From NCBI GenBank assembly GCA_022844585.1, contig JALHLM010000003.1:1-42272 (forward strand): a stretch of 42,272 bases of DNA, in the 5' to 3' direction. Source of the DNA: Pirellulales bacterium. GTDB taxonomy: Bacteria; Planctomycetota; Planctomycetia; Pirellulales; JALHLM01. A program made the position numbers and the translations under genes. Shown here piece by piece: positions 18,351 to 25,321 of this stretch. The notes beneath the pieces were generated by a model, which saw nothing but the letters and a program-made list of their open reading frames with translations, had not been told where the DNA came from and did not search any database. Position 1 is the first letter of the stretch. Each line of letters begins with the position of its first letter.

Positions 18351-19229
18351 TCATCCGGTTGCCAGTCGTTCGATCTGGTTGACTTCGGCGGCTTCCAGTT
18401 GAAAGTCAAAGATGTCCAGATCCGTGTGCATATGAGCGGCGTCGGTCGTGCCGGTCAAGGGAAGCATGCCGACGTCGAGGGCGAACCGGAAGACAATTTG
18501 CGCGACGTTCCGATGGTGGCGTTGGGCGATCTGAGTCAGTTCGGCGCTCGCCAGCACCTGTCGATTTGCTGTGAGCAACGAAAAACCTTGGTAGATAATG
18601 TCGTTGGCGGTACAGAATTGGCGAATCTGGCGATCCCAGCCGCGCACGGCGAAGCAGCGGTTTTGCACGAACCGCGGACGAACCCGTGCCTGCTGGCAGA
18701 GGAGTTGCAGTTGTTCCAACGAGACATTGCTGACGCCCAGCAGGCGGGCCCGGCCGCTGTCGTGAATGGCTTCCATGGCGCGCCAGGCGTCCCAATCGTC
18801 GAATGTTAGTCCAATACCGCTCGACGGTCCATGCAAGACGTAGGAATCGATTTGCTCAACGCCTAAGTGTTCCAGCGACCGGGCGAACGACTGCTCCACT
18901 TGCAGCGGAATCGCGGCCGCGGGATCGTAGGGCAGTCGATGATCCTGTCCGCCGCGAAAGGTGAACTTGGTTTGCAGAAACAGATCGTCGCGTGCGACCA
19001 GACCGCTCGTTATGGCTGCGGCGACCGCCTGGCCGACGGCGGCCTCATGGTAGTGGCGACGCTGGTTGGCGGTGTCGATGCCGCGGAAACCTTGTTGCAA
19101 CGCAATTTCGGTGAGTGTTTGCGTCCGCTCCTCTTTCCACGCAGTTCCGTAGAGGAATCGAGGCACGCTCACCCCGTCGATCAACTGCGTCTGGTCGGTC
19201 ATGATGGGATCGGTTGTTGGTTCCGGCAA
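18351..19229 (-). CDS. aldo/keto reductase
   Basis: LYGTAWKEERT...GFRGIDTANQRRHYHEAAVG and LHGP motifs, with typical length for the family. The start could instead be the downstream MTDQT. Confidence 0.85.
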   Translation of the reverse strand: MPEPTTDPIMTDQTQLIDGVSVPRFLYGTAWKEERTQTLTEIALQQGFRGIDTANQRRHYHEAAVGQAVAAAITSGLVARDDLFLQTKFTFRGGQDHRLPYDPAAAIPLQVEQSFARSLEHLGVEQIDSYVLHGPSSGIGLTFDDWDAWRAMEAIHDSGRARLLGVSNVSLEQLQLLCQQARVRPRFVQNRCFAVRGWDRQIRQFCTANDIIYQGFSLLTANRQVLASAELTQIAQRHHRNVAQIVFRFALDVGMLPLTGTTDAAHMHTDLDIFDFQLEAAEVNQIERLATG

Positions 19230-19391
19230 TGTTCAACGTAGCGGCGTCGTCATGTAGGTCCGCCAGCGACAACCATGATTATCGACGATCGGCACGCGCG
19301 TGGGTAGGGCCGAGGTCAATTGCCAGGTTGATGGAGAATTGGTCTGATAGGCGATGATCGCTTCGCCGCCTCTGAATCGGAAAGACGCTTG

Positions 19392-19997
19392 ATGAGTTCC
19401 TTTTCGCTGCCATCGATACCGGTTGCATTACAATGGCATGGTTCGCCGTTGGATTGGCAGGCTGGACCGGGGAATCAACTGCGTATCGTCGCGGGCGAAC
19501 GGACGGACTGGTTCATCGACCCGGCCACCGGCGTGTTGCAGGACAACGCGCCTTGCGCCTACTTTGTTCCGCCAGCGCCTGAGTTTCTGCTGAGTGCGCG
19601 CGTCCAAGTAAACTTTGCTTCGACGTTCGACGCCGGTGTCATCCAATTGCGCGTGCGCGACGATTTGTGGGCGAAGTTAGGCTTTGAGTATTCGCCAGCG
19701 GGCGAGCCGATGGTGGTGTCTGTCGTCACCCGCGGCGTGTCCGACGATTGCAACTCCGCGGTGATCTCCGGCGACACGGTCTATCTGCGCGCCGCGGTGA
19801 TGGAGAAGACCATCGCGTTCCACTATTCCGGCGACGGGCGGAAATGGTCGCTCGTCCGCGATTTTGCGTTGGATTCGATGGCCGATCTACGGGCAGGGCT
19901 TTCGGCCCAATCGCCGCACGGAAAGCAATGCGCGGTGGAGTTTTCGGAGATTCAGTGGCAACCGCGTCGCCTGGTTGATTTACGCAATGGCGAATAG
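19392..19997 (+). CDS. DUF1349 (concanavalin-A-like lectin/glucanase fold) protein
   Basis: ATG at 19392 lies just after the TTG at 19389. WHGSPLDWQAGPGNQLRIVAGERTDWFIDPATG matches my memory of the DUF1349 N-terminus. Confidence 0.7.
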   Translation: MSSFSLPSIPVALQWHGSPLDWQAGPGNQLRIVAGERTDWFIDPATGVLQDNAPCAYFVPPAPEFLLSARVQVNFASTFDAGVIQLRVRDDLWAKLGFEYSPAGEPMVVSVVTRGVSDDCNSAVISGDTVYLRAAVMEKTIAFHYSGDGRKWSLVRDFALDSMADLRAGLSAQSPHGKQCAVEFSEIQWQPRRLVDLRNGE

Positions 19998-20059
19998 GCG
20001 CTGCTCGCGAAGGCACAGCGTCATTCCACACCGCGATTCGTTATCCGGACAACCCACAT

Positions 20060-23000
20060 CTATCGCTGAAGCCGCGCATCCTTGGCGATCCATGACGACT
20101 TTGGCCGCGCGTCCTTCAAGAGTCCTTCTTGCATCTTCAATGGCAGCCCCGCTTCGATGTGCAGGAGTTCCAGCAGGGCGTGATCCCAGGAGTTTTCGCG
20201 CGATGCGTCCTTGGGTTGACTGGCAATCGGCGCGAACAGGTACGCTTGGTCCGCGTCGACCTCTTGAACGCGCGTTCGCGATGCGAATGTAACGCGCGGC
20301 GCGACGCTGGCGACCGGCGACGGCATGCTGGCGCCGAAATTGTTACGGACGTTGTTGAGGTCGGCAATGTTCACGTCGCCGTCGCCGTTCGTATCGCCCA
20401 GGCCGACGCCGCCGAAGTTGTTGCGGACGTTGTTCAAGTCGGTGATGCCGACCTCACCGTCACCGTCGGTGTCGCCGAGCAACGTCGGCTCGTCCAGGCC
20501 GGGCGAGCCGTGGATGTCGCGGCTCGCGCGCCACGAGGCGCCGTCTTCCCAGGCTTCGGTCGGGCCATCCGCGTCGTCGATCACCAGGGAATAGCCGGAA
20601 CCGTCGGTCTCGGGCACCCAGTTGTCGTCGTAAATGAAATCGAGAATCGTCGCGCCGGATTTATTCTCGAGTCGGAGCCGCTCGCCGGCATTGTCGAGGC
20701 GCCCGTCGAAGACGCCCGCGACGGGTTTCGCGTCGCCGTAGCGGCTGGCGAAGGCGTCGGCGTTTTGCACCAGCACGAGCCGGGCGCCCGGCGCGAGTTC
20801 CGTGATGGCCGAAGTAGCGAAGTCGAATGAGATGCCGACGTTGAAGCGCGCGTTCGCGAGCGACAGCGCGATCGGACCCGTGTTCACCAGTTCGATGAAT
20901 TCGTAGTTGGCGTCTTCGTAGATGCCGCCCGGCGGACCTTCGGCAGGGTGATAGTGAATCTCCGCGATACGGAGGTAGTCCTCCAGCGGGCGGTCGGAGA
21001 CGGTGCTTTCCACGACGATCGAATCCGTGGCGATCAGCTTGCCGCGGAAATCGTACGCTTCGAGTTGCAGCGTGTGCTCGCCGAATGGCACGGGAACCTT
21101 GGCCGTCCAACTGTCGAGGTCGGTCCAGGTCAGGGCGAGCGGCTGGTCGCTTCCCGCCAGGCGGATTTCGCGAACGTTCACCCAGCCGTTGCCGCCGATC
21201 GTAGCAGTCGCCTCGTTGACGACCATTCCGTCGGCCGTGGTGATCGAGAACGGGATCTCCGCCACACGTCCCTTGACCTGCGTGAGAATGCTGTTGGAAC
21301 GCGTGACAATGAACGCCAGATGGCTGGCGAAGGGCTGCGCCGGCAACAACTGCCCGTAATTGGTGGCCCAATGGGCCATGTACGTGGAGTTGTAGGTGGT
21401 GCTGATGATGTCCTGCACATGGCCATAGTACGCCCGCGCTCTGGCGGGCGTATTCATGAGCTTCGGCAAGTCGGGGTTGTTTGGGACCAATGGACGATTG
21501 ACGTCGTAGAAGGCGTCCAGGTCGTGCGGCATGTGCAGAAACCGGTGATCGCTCGGCCGCTCGTAGAACATGACATTGTGCTGCGAGCCGTCTCCGCCGT
21601 AGCTGTCGCCGGCGCCGGAGAGCATTGAAATGGCGAAGCCGCGCATCCATTGATCGACGTCGATGACCTCGTTGGGGTCGACGGGATCGCGCCCACCGCC
21701 TGCCGCGAAGCCCTTCACAAACGTCATCAGACGGCTGTAGTCATCTTCCGCGCGATTGTTCTTGAGCAAGTACGTCCAGCGATAATCTTCCGGATTGTTG
21801 CCCAGGTCGCGAATCGTCGTGCCAACGACGGAATCGGGATTCGGCACTTTCAGTCCCTCGGGCGTGCCGTTGTCGGTCGAGTTGAGTTGATAGACGAGCT
21901 CGTACTCGTACATGTTCCCCGCGTCGCCATTCTCGTACTGCGAATCGAGATAGTCGCTGCCGTAGCGGGCCAGTTGCAGTTCCGCTCCGCCCGTGTGCGT
22001 CGCCTGCGGCGTGATGACCTTGATCAGGTCGTGATACTTGGTCGGCAAATCCTCGGCGTGGTTCATCGCCGCGTGGATCAGCATTTCCCGCTGGCCGAAG
22101 CCGACACTTTCGGAGCGATCGATCGCGACCGTGCGATGCACGCCTCGGAAGAGCTGCTCAGCGTTGAATTGCACCGCGAAACCCAGACGTTGGGGCGTGG
22201 TGCGGCTGTGCTCGCTTCCCTTGAGGCGGATGCCGACGTCGTAAAAGACTTCGGATTCGTTGTAGATCACCGTGCCGGGAATCCAATCGTTGCTCATCAG
22301 ATTGGTAGTGCGATGCAGCAGCGTTGCATCCGGCTGTGTGAGCAGCAGGCGGAGGTTATGCAGCCCGTTGGTGGCCGCCTGATTGTCGTTGACTTTGTAG
22401 AGCGCACGTGCATCGCGGCCGCGCGCCGGGAACGTGGAAGTGGCCGCCTCCGGCGAGGCGTCCACGCCTTCCACGTAGAACTGCACGATCGTGCTCGCCG
22501 CGAAGCCAGGTATGACGCCGCGATGGAGTCCGTCGGCGCCCAGCGTCATGGGGGCGCTGTTCCAAGCGCCGCCAGCGGCCGCATACCAGAGGGTCATGGA
22601 TGCCACGCCCGCTGCATCGCTGGCCCGCGCGCTGACCGTCACCGGCGCAAACGCCGCCGGCACCACGGGCGAATGTTTGAAGTCCGTATACGTGGGGCCG
22701 ATGTTCTCTTCCAGCCGTGTATTGTCCGAACCCGGCGTACCGCGCAGCTCGGGTTGATCGATCTCGGTCGTCTGCACGAGCCGGTTGAAATACAGCCGCG
22801 TATGCAATTGCCTCGAACCGGCCACCCAGCGGGCGCGGAACGAGATCTCGTATTCGCGGCCGTTGACGATGGTGACGATGTCGTTGCCGAACTTGAGCGT
22901 GGTTTCCGCGTGGTTCGACATATGCTCCGTCTCGCCGGTCGCGCGGAGACGCAACACTTCGTTGCTGGGATCGTCCGGATCCGCGACGACATCGCCATGG

Positions 23001-25150
23001 TGGTTGCCGATGATCCGCCACTTGTCGGCGTTGCCGGCGGAGAACGTGCTGTTCTGAATCACTTGCCGGTTGGTGCCCAACGGGTCTTCGACGACGCGAA
23101 TGTCATCGAGCAGCACTTCGCCGCTTTCGAGCAGGCCCATCACAAATTCTTGCCACTGCCCGTCGGGACCAACCTTGCTGGCCTGGGCGACGCCGCGATA
23201 CGTATACGTCCGCCATTCCGTCTGGCCGGTGGAATCGCTCGCCGCCCAGGCTTCCGGCGACGCGTTGTCCGCCCAGGGATCCCGCAACTCCAGTGTCACG
23301 CCGCCGCCGTCGGCGAACTCGGGCCAACGCCCGCCCTCATAGTAGTGCACTTCATCCGCGGGATTGCCGACGCTATCGCGGAGCCGAATGCGTTCGTCTG
23401 TATTGGACAGCGAACCGGCGAAGCCGCCGATGATCGTGGCCGATGGATACTTCGCGGCGAGCGCGACGGGATCGTTCGCCACGACCAGGTGCGCGCCTGG
23501 CGCCATGACGGTTCCCGCTGGAAAGACGTACTCCATGGCATCGTCGAACGACCAGCCGGAAAGATCCACCGGGAGGTTGCCGCGATTATACAACTCCACC
23601 CATTCTTCGGCGCTTTCGGCGAAGGGTACGGCCGGCTGCGGCGGCGTGATCAATTCCGCGGTGAGCAACGTGGCGCCGAACACGACATCGGTTGAGCCGA
23701 CCGTGCGCTGATGTGTTTCGACGGCCAGGTGATTCTCGCCCGCCACCAAGAACTCTGGCGGAATAACGAACGACTCGCTCATGATGGCATCGCCGACGGC
23801 CCCGGTGGCCTCGGTCAGATAGTTCAGCTCTTCTTCCAGCGTGTCCTGATTGAAGTCCAGGAAGCGATGCCCGTTGATATAGAACACGGCGCCGTCGTCG
23901 ACGACATGGCGCAACTGCACCGGCTGGTCCGACGAGTCCAGTTGGAAGGTCGTGCGGAAGTAGTAGGTCAGGAACCCGTGCGTCAGCGGCGTCGTCTTGG
24001 CGCCGGGCAGCGCCCCCGTCTCGTAGTAAAACAGGCCACCGCCGGACTTCCACTGCGTGTCGTTGTAGCCTGGTTCCCGCCAAGCTTCGCCACGATCCAA
24101 GCCGGAATCGTCGTAGCGCCAGGTCGCGGTGAGTGGCAACAGCGTGGTGGCGGGCCCGAACTCGCCCGCGGTGGCCGGCGAGCCCAACGTCGGTGCATCG
24201 TGGTACATGATCTCGTTGATCACAATGTCGTCTTGCAACGAGAACTCGTTTTCATCGCCGGGCGTCAACACTGAGGGGCGCAAGAAATCGTTCGTCATCG
24301 GATCGAGCCGGGCTTGCCCAAACTCGGTGACGCGCGCGGCGTCAACGATTTCCGCGCCGTTGTTCGCAGCCAGCAACAGTTCCTCGCCCAACCCGGGCTG
24401 AAAGCCGAGTTGCGCGACGTTCAGCGTCAGAAAGTCTCCGACGGGCAACGACTGCACCGGCAATGAATAGCTGTCGCCGGAGCCAGTCAAGACGCGATAG
24501 CCGTTGAGGGGCGCCGCGGCATCGCTGGTGTTCGCCAACTCGATCCAGAATTGATTGCCAACCGGCGCGATCTCCGACAGACGAAGTCCCACGACGATGG
24601 GCGCCGTCGGCACGCCAGGCGCGCCAAAGTTCTCTTGCCCGGGCGTCCCGCCGACGCGAACACTGCTGGCCCAGTTCGCCGCTGGTTCGCTGGCCAAGTT
24701 ACGATTGATCTTCGCGAGGCTGGCGCCGCTGCCATCGGGAGCGATCGGCCAGAGTCCTCCGTCGGAGTACTCGATTTCGTTCATCAAGCGATCGTTGCGA
24801 TCGACCAACTGGAGCGCGTCCGAGTTGTTGGAAAGCCGTCCGGTGAACGGCCCCAATGCTCCGGCAAACTGACCTGAGGCCGCGAGCGCTGTTGGATTGC
24901 GGGCAATGACGAGGTACTCACCGCCGCCCAGGAACGTGCCTTCCTCGAAGGTGAACTGAATGCCGCCGTCCAGACGCCAGTTCGACAAGTCCATGTCGAC
25001 GGCCATCTGATTGTGCAGTTCGACCCATTCCAACTGTTCGTCGACGTCGGTGGGATGATACATCAACTCGTTGAAGACGACGGTGCTGTCGAGGACGAGT
25101 CGTTGTTCGAGAGATTCCAACTGGATCCGACGCCGGCGCATGGAGTTCAC
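20060..25150 (-). CDS. giant secreted lamin-tail-domain (LTD) x4 / CotH kinase-like protein with a dockerin-like cassette
   Basis: 1696 aa with leader MRRRRIQLESLEQRLVLD. LTD signatures are FNELMYHP...EWVELHN, LSEIAP...FWIELAN, INEIMYH...EEWVELYN and IAEIHYHP...EFIELVN. A CotH-like core lies around aa 915-1290 (about 21281-22408). The cassette GDTDGDGEVGITDLNNVRNNFG x2 lies near the C-terminus. Confidence 0.85.
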   Translation of the reverse strand: MNSMRRRRIQLESLEQRLVLDSTVVFNELMYHPTDVDEQLEWVELHNQMAVDMDLSNWRLDGGIQFTFEEGTFLGGGEYLVIARNPTALAASGQFAGALGPFTGRLSNNSDALQLVDRNDRLMNEIEYSDGGLWPIAPDGSGASLAKINRNLASEPAANWASSVRVGGTPGQENFGAPGVPTAPIVVGLRLSEIAPVGNQFWIELANTSDAAAPLNGYRVLTGSGDSYSLPVQSLPVGDFLTLNVAQLGFQPGLGEELLLAANNGAEIVDAARVTEFGQARLDPMTNDFLRPSVLTPGDENEFSLQDDIVINEIMYHDAPTLGSPATAGEFGPATTLLPLTATWRYDDSGLDRGEAWREPGYNDTQWKSGGGLFYYETGALPGAKTTPLTHGFLTYYFRTTFQLDSSDQPVQLRHVVDDGAVFYINGHRFLDFNQDTLEEELNYLTEATGAVGDAIMSESFVIPPEFLVAGENHLAVETHQRTVGSTDVVFGATLLTAELITPPQPAVPFAESAEEWVELYNRGNLPVDLSGWSFDDAMEYVFPAGTVMAPGAHLVVANDPVALAAKYPSATIIGGFAGSLSNTDERIRLRDSVGNPADEVHYYEGGRWPEFADGGGVTLELRDPWADNASPEAWAASDSTGQTEWRTYTYRGVAQASKVGPDGQWQEFVMGLLESGEVLLDDIRVVEDPLGTNRQVIQNSTFSAGNADKWRIIGNHHGDVVADPDDPSNEVLRLRATGETEHMSNHAETTLKFGNDIVTIVNGREYEISFRARWVAGSRQLHTRLYFNRLVQTTEIDQPELRGTPGSDNTRLEENIGPTYTDFKHSPVVPAAFAPVTVSARASDAAGVASMTLWYAAAGGAWNSAPMTLGADGLHRGVIPGFAASTIVQFYVEGVDASPEAATSTFPARGRDARALYKVNDNQAATNGLHNLRLLLTQPDATLLHRTTNLMSNDWIPGTVIYNESEVFYDVGIRLKGSEHSRTTPQRLGFAVQFNAEQLFRGVHRTVAIDRSESVGFGQREMLIHAAMNHAEDLPTKYHDLIKVITPQATHTGGAELQLARYGSDYLDSQYENGDAGNMYEYELVYQLNSTDNGTPEGLKVPNPDSVVGTTIRDLGNNPEDYRWTYLLKNNRAEDDYSRLMTFVKGFAAGGGRDPVDPNEVIDVDQWMRGFAISMLSGAGDSYGGDGSQHNVMFYERPSDHRFLHMPHDLDAFYDVNRPLVPNNPDLPKLMNTPARARAYYGHVQDIISTTYNSTYMAHWATNYGQLLPAQPFASHLAFIVTRSNSILTQVKGRVAEIPFSITTADGMVVNEATATIGGNGWVNVREIRLAGSDQPLALTWTDLDSWTAKVPVPFGEHTLQLEAYDFRGKLIATDSIVVESTVSDRPLEDYLRIAEIHYHPAEGPPGGIYEDANYEFIELVNTGPIALSLANARFNVGISFDFATSAITELAPGARLVLVQNADAFASRYGDAKPVAGVFDGRLDNAGERLRLENKSGATILDFIYDDNWVPETDGSGYSLVIDDADGPTEAWEDGASWRASRDIHGSPGLDEPTLLGDTDGDGEVGITDLNNVRNNFGGVGLGDTNGDGDVNIADLNNVRNNFGASMPSPVASVAPRVTFASRTRVQEVDADQAYLFAPIASQPKDASRENSWDHALLELLHIEAGLPLKMQEGLLKDARPKSSWIAKDARLQR
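20333..20476 (-). repeat. tandem dockerin-like cassette, copy 2 of 3
   Basis: GDTDGDGEVGITDLNNVRNNFGGVGLGDTNGDGDVNIADLNNVRNNFG. It shares gccgaagttgttgcggacgttgttcaagtc with the other copies. Confidence 0.85.
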
Positions 25151-25275
25151 TCCGAGTGCAAATTCAAAAGGTCCCGCGCAGCGCGCAAGAGCGGCGAAGC
25201 GAAGGTTTCCCCCGGGTAGGGCGCAGACGCCCCCCGTCCTCAGCTTAGCAAGAAACTAAACCCAAATGGTGGAAG

Positions 25276-25309
25276 ACGATGGGCCGGACGCAGCGCGCCG
25301 GCCCATCGT
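25276..25309 (-). terminator. possible terminator hairpin between two minus-strand genes
   Basis: 12-bp GC-rich stem (acgatgggccgg / ccggcccatcgt) with a 10-nt loop, 13 nt downstream of the 25322 stop. The downstream U-tract is weak and delayed (cttccaccatttgggttt). Confidence 0.35.
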
Positions 25310-25321
25310 TCCCCCTTCAGA

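Noticed and set aside
19998-20059. Possible bidirectional terminator between convergent genes
   Set aside because: There is only a 6-bp stem containing a G-U pair (gcgctg/cagcgt) and no flanking T or A tracts.
21650-23695. 681-aa ORF antisense to the LTD-CotH gene, along with 20661-21650, 23711-24274 and similar ORFs
   Set aside because: The reasoning is the same. These are shadow frames of a strongly supported 1696-aa gene with no recognisable domains.
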